64,000 nt of DNA, from positions 2,688,001 to 2,752,000 of the forward strand of contig CP084167.1 in the NCBI GenBank assembly GCA_021513715.1. The letters run 5' to 3'. Of this stretch, positions 1-9,506 are shown piece after piece. Below the pieces are notes generated by a model. That model saw only the letters and a list, made by a program, of their open reading frames with translations, ran no database searches and was not told the origin of the DNA. Position 1 is the stretch's first letter. Each line of letters starts with the position of its first letter. The translations under genes and the position numbers were made by a program. The stretch is from Candidatus Heimdallarchaeum endolithica (GTDB taxonomy: Archaea; Asgardarchaeota; Heimdallarchaeia; Heimdallarchaeales; Heimdallarchaeaceae).

Positions 1-70
1 GAGAAGGTGGGAGAAACAAAAGATGCTTACTTTTCAGCAAAACAAGGAGAATTAATATCAATAGCTCATG

Positions 71-1551
71 AATAACTTTTTTGTACAAGAATAAAAATGT
101 AGGAAGAAAAAAGAGGGGAGGAAAAAATTTAGGTTTAAATAGGAAAAAAAGATAAAATAAATGATGAAGAAGAAAGGGAGTAGAGAATGGATGGAGAAAA
201 CAGTAAGGATAACTTTACTCCCAAGTAGGAAAAAAGAAAAGTATCTAAAGGATGCGCAAAAAAAAGTAAGAGAACTAGCAAACATACTAATACCCTACAA
301 AAAAAATGTAAAAACAGGAATGGAGTTCCACCATTTAGTATACAAAAGGTTCAGATATCTAGGTCTGCACAGTCAGTTACAAGAGAATGTGCAAAGAAAG
401 GTATATGGGGCAAAAAAGGTAAAAAAGTTCAGAACCTTACCTTTGGAGTTCAACTTTCCCCGAAGTGGAAAGATAGCAAAAACAAGAAAAGACAACCCTG
501 TTTTAGTTGTTTCCCCATTGAAAAAAAGGATAGCTTTTCCTATTTGCCGAGATGGAGGGTGGAGAAGACTAAAGGAGTATACAATCAAGGGGTGGGAAGC
601 ACATAGTTGTAGAATTTTCCAACAAAAAAGGAAAAGAAAAAGGAAAGCAAAAGACCGAAAAAGAAGCAGTAAGGTCAACTATGGGTGGGTAGCACACCTG
701 AATATTAGAAAAGAACTTCCTCCTCCTCAAGAAGTAGAGGGAACAATAGGAGTAGACGTGGGAAGAAAAGTTTTTGCTGCAGTAACACTTAACCACCCCT
801 CTTTCCCTTTATTAGAGAGGTATATGGGAAAAGACATAGCTTGGAAACAACATCAGTTAGCAAAAAGAAGAAGAAAACTACAATCCTACAGAGATAAAGG
901 AAGTAAAAAGGCACGGCGTGCACTAAAAAAATTAAGAATGAAAGAAAGAAAGTATAATAAAACCCGTTGTGAGCAAATAGCTCACGAGATAGTAGATTGG
1001 GCAGTAACTACCCGTTCTGCCATAGTTATAGAAAACATAGAAGGAATAAGAAGTAAATGGAAAAAAGAAAAAACTAAAAGAAGAGGGAAGCAAAGCAAAA
1101 ATCTTCTTCGAGAGTTGAATAATTGGCCTTATGGCTTTTTCCTCTCGTTTTTGACCTCTCTCGCCTATCAACACCATATCCCAGCTGTAAAAGTTGACCC
1201 TCATTATACCAGTCAAACTTGTTCTCGATGTGGACATACTTCCAAGTCTTCACGTGTTAGTCGAGGACTTTATCGTTGTGTTGCTTGTGGTATAGAGCTC
1301 AACAGTGACCGTAACGCTTCTCGTAATATAGCCTTGAAAGGTTTCTCTTTCCTTGCTTTGCCTTTCTTTAGTTCCTGGTCTTCTTTTTATCCTTTCCCAC
1401 GTGAGAAGAAAAATAATTTTCTGGTTTCCGTGGTCGAGGAGCGCTCAACCTCCTCTTCTGGCTCAATGAGTGGTAAGTTCTTCCTCCCTCCCGGATAGAT
1501 CTTTCTCGAGAGTAAGATTGGCGTACAAAAATTTTGTACAAAAATCAAGTT
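71..1551 (+). mobile_element. Non-autonomous TnpB-only element with imperfect inverted ends
   Basis: Removing it restores the host frame. ATGAAT occurs at both junctions (68-73, 1553-1558). The ends share an inverted TTTTTGTACAA, and GTACAAAAAT is repeated at the right end (1523, 1536). Confidence 0.85.
161..1498 (+). CDS. tnpB: RNA-guided endonuclease TnpB (canonical RuvC D-E-D)
   Basis: GVDVG (RuvC-I), VIENI (RuvC-II), VDPHYTSQTCSRCG...CVACG zinc finger, DRNASRNI (RuvC-III). The true start may be the MEKTV codon. Confidence 0.93.
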   Translation: MMKKKGSREWMEKTVRITLLPSRKKEKYLKDAQKKVRELANILIPYKKNVKTGMEFHHLVYKRFRYLGLHSQLQENVQRKVYGAKKVKKFRTLPLEFNFPRSGKIAKTRKDNPVLVVSPLKKRIAFPICRDGGWRRLKEYTIKGWEAHSCRIFQQKRKRKRKAKDRKRSSKVNYGWVAHLNIRKELPPPQEVEGTIGVDVGRKVFAAVTLNHPSFPLLERYMGKDIAWKQHQLAKRRRKLQSYRDKGSKKARRALKKLRMKERKYNKTRCEQIAHEIVDWAVTTRSAIVIENIEGIRSKWKKEKTKRRGKQSKNLLRELNNWPYGFFLSFLTSLAYQHHIPAVKVDPHYTSQTCSRCGHTSKSSRVSRGLYRCVACGIELNSDRNASRNIALKGFSFLALPFFSSWSSFYPFPREKKNNFLVSVVEERSTSSSGSMSGKFFLPPG

Positions 1552-1896
1552 GATGAATGCTTTATCCTAACAATAATTGCCAAGAAAATAGATTCTAATT
1601 TGAGATCTGTGCTTTATTTGATATTACAGAAATTCTGTGAATGTATTAACTATTCAGTATTTATCTCTTCTGAAGTTCTAAAACAAGATGAGGAGGAAAA
1701 GTTTCTTATGATTCTAAAAAGTAACCTTGATGCAATATTGTATTAAAAAGAAACTCATTCTTTTTCCATTATTAAAACTAGTAAATACTAACACTCGTTA
1801 ATTGAGTACATACCTGAAAAACCTTTAAAAAATTTAAATAATTTGAACTTCTTCATAAATTAAAACAACATAATTCTTTTAAACGAATTTCTGTAT

Positions 1897-2973
1897 TTGA
1901 TGATGCTAATTTCCCTATACTCCTTATCCTATTTTATTGAGGCTATTCTATTTTTTGGTTTTACTTCGTTTATTTTCATAAAAAGTTACTTAAACATAAA
2001 GCATATTTCTAATCTATTTATGAGTATTGGAGCATTTTTTACACTACTTTCGTATAGCTTGGCTTTTGCATTAGCTTTTACTAGTCCTGACAATATAGAA
2101 AGAGCTAAAATAATTTTGGTAAGTACAAATCTATTACTTACACTGGGTATTTATTTAATTTCTATAGCTCTCTTTTATATAAGATCAAAATTTTTCAATA
2201 TTGCTGCCATTACAAGTTCTTTTGTAATAGGAGTCGCTTTTATAACGCTTTCTTACCTTGAAAATATATCAATGAATTACAATGAAAATGTGAAATACTG
2301 GGTGACTGATTATTCAAAGCATGTAACTGTATTAATGGGTTCAGTTTTATTGTTTATCACAATTTTAATTTCTCTCTATGTAATTGAGAAATTAAAATAT
2401 GACATTAAAAAAAGGAAATTCATTACATTAACAACATTAGGTATATTTACTTCGTTTATATGGATTCTAATAATTTCCATTACCAGATTATATCTATATC
2501 GGATATTTATATTACCTTTAGCTCTTTTTTTGATTGGTTTAGATAATTTATTCAATCCTCTAAGTCTGATAATTTCTCATAACAAGCCTACAGAAATTTT
2601 TCTTCTTTCTAAAACCAATGTTCCTCTTGTAGGTTATGATTATAATAAAAGAAAAAAAATAGAAGATTTAAGCGATATTAGAATACTTAGAGTTAGCCAA
2701 TTACTTATAGAGGAAAAAGTAGGAGAAACAAAAAATGCATATTTCTATGCAACAGAGGGAGAATTAATATCAATCGCTTACGGAAATTTTATTTTGACAA
2801 CTATCGCTAAAAAAATAGATGTTAACTTGAAAACTGTACTTTTTCTTACTCTAAGACAGTTTAACGAATATTTTGATTTTTCAACAGTAAGAAATGTCAA
2901 GGAGTTAAAAAAAGATGAAGAAGAGATGTTTCTTACTATTCTAAATAATTATCTAGACACAATCTTACATTAA
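1897..2973 (+). CDS. Multi-pass (~7 TM) membrane protein with C-terminal soluble longin-like domain
   Basis: About 7 hydrophobic segments, then a ~130 aa domain starting EIFLLSKTNVPLVGY, resembling the longin N-terminal strands. Confidence 0.7.
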   Translation: MMMLISLYSLSYFIEAILFFGFTSFIFIKSYLNIKHISNLFMSIGAFFTLLSYSLAFALAFTSPDNIERAKIILVSTNLLLTLGIYLISIALFYIRSKFFNIAAITSSFVIGVAFITLSYLENISMNYNENVKYWVTDYSKHVTVLMGSVLLFITILISLYVIEKLKYDIKKRKFITLTTLGIFTSFIWILIISITRLYLYRIFILPLALFLIGLDNLFNPLSLIISHNKPTEIFLLSKTNVPLVGYDYNKRKKIEDLSDIRILRVSQLLIEEKVGETKNAYFYATEGELISIAYGNFILTTIAKKIDVNLKTVLFLTLRQFNEYFDFSTVRNVKELKKDEEEMFLTILNNYLDTILH

Positions 2974-3048
2974 AGAATTCCCTTTTTTAGTGATTTTTAT
3001 AATTTGGAAATATTTTTAAGTTCTTAATAAGGACTTATAGTGATAACA

Positions 3049-3219
3049 ATGAATCTTGTCCTCTCCTTATAGCATGTTGCGAGGGGAACTCGCGCTAAGA
3101 AAAACAAGTCATGAATTTTGATTAGATTAGCGGCGAGTAGAGAAATTGTTTGAGTTTTGCTTTTACTTATAAAAGAACTATAGTTTTACTTTTCTCATAC
3201 TAGCTGTTTTCTAATCAAA
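3049..3219 (+). promoter_or_regulatory. Putative structured 5' leader RNA upstream of the GTPase
   Basis: Hairpin GCGAG/CTCGC (3079-3093) lies inside a CTTGT/ACAAG stem. A long stem TTTGATTAGA (3117-3126)/TCTAATCAAA (3210-3219) has an inner GAGAAA/TTTCTC pairing. A TATA-like TTTTTAAG is at ~3013. Confidence 0.45.
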
Positions 3220-3236
3220 TTTTTATTTAATCAAAA

Positions 3237-4235
3237 ATGGAGGTGAAAAAAGTGTCAAATTACACAAAATTAAAGTGGTATCGCTTTGATATTGCGAGAA
3301 GAATCAGAGCGCTTGATGGAGAAGAATTAATTGCAGAATTAGAAGAAATAATAGAAGAAATCAAAAGAAAAAAGTTAGATCGATTAGGAGTATTTAAAGT
3401 TCAGATTAGAGAATTAGAACAGTTAATCGAAAATGAAAAAGCTCAACCAAAAAGAAAAGGAAGACAATATGACCCATTTTATATTCCATATGGAGGAGAT
3501 GGACGAGTTGCACTTTTTGGTTTGTCAAATGTCGGAAAAAGCTCGCTTATGAATGCTATAACTAATGCAGAAGTAGCTACTGGGGATTATTTGAACACTA
3601 CAAGACAAGCCTTAGCAGGGACGTGTGTATATGAGAATGTAAAAATTCAAATTATTGATTTACCTGGTTTCCTTGATTTTAAGGAAGATTGGAACATTAG
3701 TAAACAAATCTTAAGGGTTGCTCGAACTTGTGACTCTATATTACTTGTAATAGACTTGTCAATGGATGTTGAAAGACAATACAACTTTCTTATCAAACAA
3801 TTAGAAAACGCTAGATTAATTAAAGATAGAGAAACAATCTACAAATTTGCTATTATTGCAACAAAAGGTGATCTTCCTTGTACAGAAGAATCTTTTAAGA
3901 AACTGAAAGCAATGACTGATTTAGCTGTATGCCCAATTTCAATGAAAAATAAGGATTCTTTGGATAGATTAAAGAAAATGCTATTTGAAACACTAAATGT
4001 AGTAAGAGTTTACACTAAGAAACCTAAAAATCAACCTGATATGGAGCATCCTCTCGTTCTACCAAAAGGTTCAACAGTTAAAGATGTAGCACTGAAATTG
4101 CATAAGGATTTCCTTAAATTTTTCAACTATGCTAGAATCTGGGGTAAATCTTGCGATTTTCCAGGTCAAAGAGTAGGGGTTGGACATACTCTTGAAGACG
4201 AGGATATAGTAGAAATTTCTACTTCACAAAAATAA
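3237..4235 (+). CDS. DRG/Obg-family GTPase with C-terminal TGS domain
   Basis: GLSNVGKS (G1), DLPG (G3), TKGD (G4), TGS motif VRVYTK...LH..F..ARIWGKS..FPGQRVG. Likely start is GTG 3252 after GGAGGTGA. Confidence 0.9.
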   Translation: MEVKKVSNYTKLKWYRFDIARRIRALDGEELIAELEEIIEEIKRKKLDRLGVFKVQIRELEQLIENEKAQPKRKGRQYDPFYIPYGGDGRVALFGLSNVGKSSLMNAITNAEVATGDYLNTTRQALAGTCVYENVKIQIIDLPGFLDFKEDWNISKQILRVARTCDSILLVIDLSMDVERQYNFLIKQLENARLIKDRETIYKFAIIATKGDLPCTEESFKKLKAMTDLAVCPISMKNKDSLDRLKKMLFETLNVVRVYTKKPKNQPDMEHPLVLPKGSTVKDVALKLHKDFLKFFNYARIWGKSCDFPGQRVGVGHTLEDEDIVEISTSQK

Positions 4236-4328
4236 CCTACTTTCTACTTTTTTATTTCAGAAAAGAGATTGAACTAAACTTCTAGTTCTGGATAAAATTT
4301 ATAACATGTAAATATCTTTTCGATTTCA

Positions 4329-4847
4329 ATGGATTCAGTAAGCCATGGAAGTGTTTCCACTCTTATAGGTTTTATTTTCATTCAATTTTATGAGGTGCCT
4401 TTTTTTCCCTTGTTGGTGATATTATTTGTATGGGGGGTCTTAGTTGATTATGATCATGCAATATATTACAAGCGAAAACACCCTGAAGCAAAAATATGGA
4501 ATATTCCTCAATTGATCAAAATCTATTTCAGTACGGTTGATAATAACGATGAATTTGTCTATCATACATGGTTGCATGAACCATTAGGTGTATTATTTGT
4601 TAGTGCGATAACAATACCAATTTTTTATTTTTCTAAATATCCAGAATTTATTATTTTAGCAATAGGTTGTTACTTTTTTCACTTTTTACTTGATTTATTC
4701 TCTGGAAAAATGAAACCTTTGGCTCCTTTTAATGAAAAATTCACAATAAATTGGCAGATTTTGCCAAGAAACTCATTTACTGCTGCTTCAATATCATTAT
4801 TAGTTTTTTTGGTTACGTTAACAATACAAATATTCATTGGTTTTTGA
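4329..4847 (+). CDS. Membrane-bound metal-dependent hydrolase (YdjM-like)
   Basis: N-terminal SH, then DYDH, TWLHE and HFLLD motifs among TM helices. Confidence 0.7.
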   Translation: MDSVSHGSVSTLIGFIFIQFYEVPFFPLLVILFVWGVLVDYDHAIYYKRKHPEAKIWNIPQLIKIYFSTVDNNDEFVYHTWLHEPLGVLFVSAITIPIFYFSKYPEFIILAIGCYFFHFLLDLFSGKMKPLAPFNEKFTINWQILPRNSFTAASISLLVFLVTLTIQIFIGF

Positions 4848-4893
4848 TTTTGCAAAAAAAGCTTATTTAGTTAGAAGTTAAATGTAAATTGAG

Positions 4894-7284
4894 ATGTCAA
4901 CAGAATTTGTGGGTAAAGTTCCTACTAAGATAGTAAAACTTGTTTTGAATAAAATTATAAGAAAAAAACATTTCAAAAATAATCAAGTTACTCCTCCAAA
5001 AAATTGGCAATCATTAGGAAGTTTTGTAGGAATAGATAAAGAAAAACTAGAAATAGAACTTGATAATGGCGTAATGAAAATAGACTATATTAAGCCTTAT
5101 GTTGTTAAAATTCTTTATAAACTAAAAAAAGAAAAAGAACCGTTAAGTTTTGCTATTGAAAAAGATCTTGATTCATTTACTGAAATTTCTGTTACTGATA
5201 AAGAAAAGATAGTAAATATAAGCCCTAAAGAAAGTAAGAAAAAACAGAAAATTTCCATTGGTATAGATAAAAAAAATAATCTTTGTAGCTTTAAATCAGA
5301 AAAAGGAGAAATTTATTCTGAAACTATAGCAGATTTTTCTGAAGAAAGGTGGTATAAAAGTATAAAAAGGTCTAATAATACAAATGAACATTATTTTGGT
5401 TTTGGAGAAGCTACTGGAGAGTTAGATAAAGTCAATAATACTATTGCGTTTTGGAATACTGATAGTTTACCTTATGACAACAAACGAAAAAACCTCTATC
5501 AAAGTCAAGCAATTCAAATCACAATTCAAGAAAATGGGCCAATCTACGCAATTATTTATGACAATCCATATAAATCTTTAATCTCTATTGAAAAAAAAGA
5601 AGAAGGTTATATAACTAAATATTTTGTTGCTGGAGGGGGAATAAAATATTACCTTATAATTAGTTCTTCAATTGCCGATTTATTTTCTGAATTGGCCTAT
5701 ATTTTAGGAGATGTACCTCTTCCTCCATTAAATTCTTTAGGGCATCATCAGAGTTTATGGTCATATAAAAATGAAGAAGAAGTGAGAAGAGTTGCAGAAA
5801 CTTTCAGAAAAAAGCAAATACCGTGTGATTTTATTCATTTAGATATTGATTATATGGATGAATATAGAATATTTACTTGGAATAAAGAGCGATTCCCAGA
5901 TATTAAGGCTTTATCTTCTGAATTACTTGAAAAATACAATATTAAGCTTCTAGCAATTACCGATCCTGGAGTAAAAGTCGACCCAGAGTATTTTATGTAT
6001 AAAGAGGGTATAAACGATGGGCATTTTATTAAAAATGGGGATGGAAAAACACTTTTTGAAGGAGAAGTGTGGCCAGGAAAATGTCACTTCCCTGATTTTA
6101 GTCAACAAAAAACAAGAGAGTGGTTCAGCAGTAAATTTAAGATATTGGAGGATAGTGGAATAGAAGCTTTTTGGATAGATATGAACGAACCTTCAATTTT
6201 TTCAGAATTAGGTACTATACCAGAGAATGCAATTCATCCTTGCGATGGAAAGAATAAATTTCACGCTGAAATACACAATCAGTATGGACATTTAATGTCA
6301 AAAGCAGTCTACGAAGGCTTAAAGAAGATTAGGAAAAATAAACGTATATTTATTCTAACTCGTTCAGCTTATATTGGAACACAAAGATATGCTGGAAGTT
6401 GGACTGGAGATAATAATGCTGAGTGGGGACACCTGAGAATGAGTTTACCTATGTTAATGAATATGGCTATAAGCGGTCAAGTAATGATCGGTCCTGATAT
6501 AGGTGGTTTTCTGGGAAAACCTTCTGCAGAACTACTTATTCGATGGTACCAAGCAGGATTATTCTATCCTTTTTTCAGAAATCATAGCATTAACAAAAAT
6601 TGCAGACATGAACCATGGGTATATGGAAAACGCGTAGAAAGAATCATTCGTAAAACTATACAACTAAGGTATAAATTGTTGCCTTATCTTTATACTTCTT
6701 TAGTAGAAACTTGTAAAACTGGTATTCCTTTCTTTAAAGCTCTCTTCATTGATTATTTTGAAGATAAAAAGGTTTATAACAAAGAATGGCTTAATACTGA
6801 GTATTTAATTGGAAAATCTTTACTTATTGCACCAATTCTTAAACGATGGAGAAGAAAAAGAAAAGTATATTTCCCCAAGGGAACAAAATGGTTTAGTTTT
6901 GATGGTACACAAATTTATGAAGGCGGAAAAACATATACTGTTTCGATTCCAATTGATTCCTTTAATTTTATTTTTGTAAAGGAAGGTTCTATCATTCCTA
7001 CAATCGATAAGAACATTCAGTCAACAGAAGAAATACTAAAAGAACCGTTAACTCTTCTAATTTTTGGAGAAAAAGAAGCAAGAGGAGAAGTTTATCTTGA
7101 TGATGGTTGTACAATAAACTATGAACAAGATTATGAAATTACACAATTTGAAGCCAAGCTACAAGAAAAAGAGTCTTGGAACCTTTACCTTTCTAGAAAA
7201 GGAAAAAAGAGAAGATTCATTAATGTTGAAAATGTAAAACAAGTTGGGCATAGGGAAATAGGCTTTGCAATATTTGAAGAATAA
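4894..7284 (+). CDS. Glycoside hydrolase family 31 alpha-glucosidase
   Basis: LDIDYMD, WIDMNEP (nucleophile), WTGDN (acid/base), GPDIGGF, FFRNH. Confidence 0.95.
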   Translation: MSTEFVGKVPTKIVKLVLNKIIRKKHFKNNQVTPPKNWQSLGSFVGIDKEKLEIELDNGVMKIDYIKPYVVKILYKLKKEKEPLSFAIEKDLDSFTEISVTDKEKIVNISPKESKKKQKISIGIDKKNNLCSFKSEKGEIYSETIADFSEERWYKSIKRSNNTNEHYFGFGEATGELDKVNNTIAFWNTDSLPYDNKRKNLYQSQAIQITIQENGPIYAIIYDNPYKSLISIEKKEEGYITKYFVAGGGIKYYLIISSSIADLFSELAYILGDVPLPPLNSLGHHQSLWSYKNEEEVRRVAETFRKKQIPCDFIHLDIDYMDEYRIFTWNKERFPDIKALSSELLEKYNIKLLAITDPGVKVDPEYFMYKEGINDGHFIKNGDGKTLFEGEVWPGKCHFPDFSQQKTREWFSSKFKILEDSGIEAFWIDMNEPSIFSELGTIPENAIHPCDGKNKFHAEIHNQYGHLMSKAVYEGLKKIRKNKRIFILTRSAYIGTQRYAGSWTGDNNAEWGHLRMSLPMLMNMAISGQVMIGPDIGGFLGKPSAELLIRWYQAGLFYPFFRNHSINKNCRHEPWVYGKRVERIIRKTIQLRYKLLPYLYTSLVETCKTGIPFFKALFIDYFEDKKVYNKEWLNTEYLIGKSLLIAPILKRWRRKRKVYFPKGTKWFSFDGTQIYEGGKTYTVSIPIDSFNFIFVKEGSIIPTIDKNIQSTEEILKEPLTLLIFGEKEARGEVYLDDGCTINYEQDYEITQFEAKLQEKESWNLYLSRKGKKRRFINVENVKQVGHREIGFAIFEE

Positions 7285-7337
7285 GTTCCTTTTTTTCTTA
7301 TAATGAAAACTGAAAAAAGTCTATACTTTTATTTCTT

Positions 7338-7664
7338 TTAGCTTTCAGGAATAGAACGGGGAATTGATGGGTCATCAGCTTCATGATATATTTTACCTTC
7401 CCTACCAAGGGAGATCTGCTTCTTTCCTAAATATTCCTTACACCAACCATTAACAATACTAACTACTTGTCCAACCTTATAATCCTCTCCTGCTTTAGGA
7501 CCCCAAAGAGTTAAAACAGTTGAACCAGTTTGATCAACCAGTAATAAATCCCAAGCATAAAGCCATCTCCCTCGGGAGTTAATTTTTCGTGGGCCTTGTT
7601 TAGAAATTATTCTGGCTTTTATTTCGTCAAAATTGCTATTTGCTTTTAGTTCATTTATTTTCAT
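7338..7664 (-). CDS. Single OB-fold ssDNA-binding (RPA/SSB-like) protein
   Basis: MKINEL...LVDQTGS..LTLWG...GQVVSIVNGW.KEY.G..QISLG pattern. Start taken at the internal ATG. Confidence 0.85.
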   Translation of the reverse strand: MKINELKANSNFDEIKARIISKQGPRKINSRGRWLYAWDLLLVDQTGSTVLTLWGPKAGEDYKVGQVVSIVNGWCKEYLGKKQISLGREGKIYHEADDPSIPRSIPES

Positions 7665-7757
7665 AAATTTTATTTTAAATTGATACACATAAACTTTTTT
7701 GTACATTCTTCTTTGTTTTTAAAAAAGTAAAAATAATAGAAATAAAAAAAGGAGGGA

Positions 7758-8432
7758 CTATTTTCCTGCTTCAGCTAAAGCTATCTGGATTGCTTTTTCT
7801 ATATCTTCATCTACTCGCAATCCTTTATTTCTATCTTGAGGGGAAACAACATTTATGATGGCAATGTCAGCTCCATTGAAGTAAGCTTCTTTTACTTTGT
7901 CTACTACTAAACCCCCTGCAACTGAAATAAGTGTGTCAAATTTTGATCTTATTTTAGTTATATCTTTATATCTAATGATACTTCTTGGATTGTCTTCTTC
8001 ATCTCGTCCTTTATGAATAACTACAGCATGGGGTTTAAAACGTAAAGGCATCATTTTGCGTAGAGGATTAGTTACTCCTAACATATCAATAACAGCGTAG
8101 AGTCCATTCTCACTACAAAATTTGCAGAACAAGTTTAAAGTATCTATTGGCGCAGAACCTAATACAGTTACTGCATTCGCTCCTGCTCTAGCAGCTATCA
8201 TTGTTTCACTAAATGCTCCATCTGTAAGTTTTAAATCAGCTAAAACTAATCCTTTCCAATGTCTACGAATGTAGTTGACTCCTCTCATCCCCTCGAGTTT
8301 GATAAAAGGGGTTCCAGCTTCTATTATTATTCTTGAATCATTAGGTATTCTAGGAAGAATAGCTCTAACTTGAGATAAATCACCGTTAAAAGCTATCTGA
8401 ATATACCTACGATGCAAATCCAAGTTTATCAT
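7758..8432 (-). CDS. Hexulose-6-phosphate synthase / OMP decarboxylase family TIM barrel
   Basis: IEAGTPFIK..G, LADLKLTD, AGANAVTVLG, VAGG motifs. Confidence 0.85.
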   Translation of the reverse strand: MINLDLHRRYIQIAFNGDLSQVRAILPRIPNDSRIIIEAGTPFIKLEGMRGVNYIRRHWKGLVLADLKLTDGAFSETMIAARAGANAVTVLGSAPIDTLNLFCKFCSENGLYAVIDMLGVTNPLRKMMPLRFKPHAVVIHKGRDEEDNPRSIIRYKDITKIRSKFDTLISVAGGLVVDKVKEAYFNGADIAIINVVSPQDRNKGLRVDEDIEKAIQIALAEAGK

Positions 8433-8436
8433 ATTC

Positions 8437-9225
8437 TTACTCCTTTGATTTATTCACGTTATGAATGATTTCAGTTATTTCTTCAGTTAATCCTCCTGGC
8501 ATAAAAATAACCACTTTCTCGCTAGGATCTTGAGCTATATCTCTTATGGTTTGCAATGTTCTAAGTTGTAGACCACCTTTTGTTTTTGTTAAAATTGTAG
8601 CTGCTTCAGAGAGTTTCTGTGCTGCGATAAATTCACCTTCAGCTTTAATAATAACTGCACGTTTATCTCTTTCTGCTTCTGCTTGGATAGCAAAAGCTCT
8701 TTTCATTTCAGCTGGAAGTTCAATCTCTTGCATTTTGATAGCTTCAATATCCACGCCCCATTCGCTTGTTTCTTTATCTACAATTTTCTTGATATCTGCA
8801 GCAATTTGATCTCTCTCCGTTAACACTTGGTCTAACTCCATTGTGCCTATAGTATCTCTTAATGCAGCTTGAGTATATTGTTGTACTGCATAACGATAAT
8901 TAGCTATTTTTATCACTGCATCTTCAGGTCTCTCTACTTTGAAATAGACTACAGCATTAGTCAAAACAGGAATGTTGTCTTTTGTCATAACTTCTTGTCG
9001 AGGAATATCTTGGGTAATTATTCTCAAATCAACCTTTACTCCCTTCTCTAATATGGGAGTGACATATACAAGTCCTGGACCTATAGTTCGTACATATTTT
9101 CCAAGTCTGAAAACTACTATCCTCTCATATTCATAGGCTAATTTCAAACCAGAAAGGAAAAATAAGCCAATAATTGCCAATCCTATTCCAATGAAAACAA
9201 ATATTTCTACTTCCATTTCTATCAA
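8437..9225 (-). CDS. SPFH/stomatin family membrane protein
   Basis: N-terminal TM, YERIVVFRLG, GPGL, VDLR, TKDN, QAEAER.KRA, LRTLQT. Confidence 0.95.
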   Translation of the reverse strand: MIEMEVEIFVFIGIGLAIIGLFFLSGLKLAYEYERIVVFRLGKYVRTIGPGLVYVTPILEKGVKVDLRIITQDIPRQEVMTKDNIPVLTNAVVYFKVERPEDAVIKIANYRYAVQQYTQAALRDTIGTMELDQVLTERDQIAADIKKIVDKETSEWGVDIEAIKMQEIELPAEMKRAFAIQAEAERDKRAVIIKAEGEFIAAQKLSEAATILTKTKGGLQLRTLQTIRDIAQDPSEKVVIFMPGGLTEEITEIIHNVNKSKE

Positions 9226-9506
9226 CTCTTTTTTTTAATCCTTTATTCTTTTTCACAATTTTAAATATATCCAAATGAAAAGCTAATTTTATTCTGTTTC
9301 TAAATTAGCTAATATTTAGTAAAATCAAGTTTTCACCCATAGAAAATTAAAATTCGTTAATTTGCAAATACTTTTAAATGAGAACAGTTTTACGTAGTTT
9401 GAAGTTTTAAAATAATTCCTTATTTGTTTCAAAATAATGCAATTGTTTTAAACGCTATGAAACACTAACTACGATACAATGCGATGTTAGATAAAACCAG
9501 TATACG

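Larger units (their letters stand above)
1..1746 (+). pseudogene. 3' part of a membrane/longin-like protein gene (tandem paralog of 1897..2973), split by a TnpB element
   Basis: 1-72 reads EKVGETKDAYFSAKQGELISIAHE and 1558-1746 continues CFILTIIAKKIDSNL...AILY. This matches EKVGETKNAYFYATEGELISIAYGNFILTTIAKKIDVNL in the downstream paralog. The gene starts before the window. Confidence 0.85.

Noticed and set aside
58-1237. Minus-strand ORFs 58..285, 373..678, 569..796 and 932..1237
   Set aside because: Antisense shadows of purine-rich tnpB; F/L/S-rich with no motifs.
1534-1746. 70-aa ORF as an independent gene
   Set aside because: It is the 3' remnant of the TnpB-disrupted gene, and its start lies in the element end.
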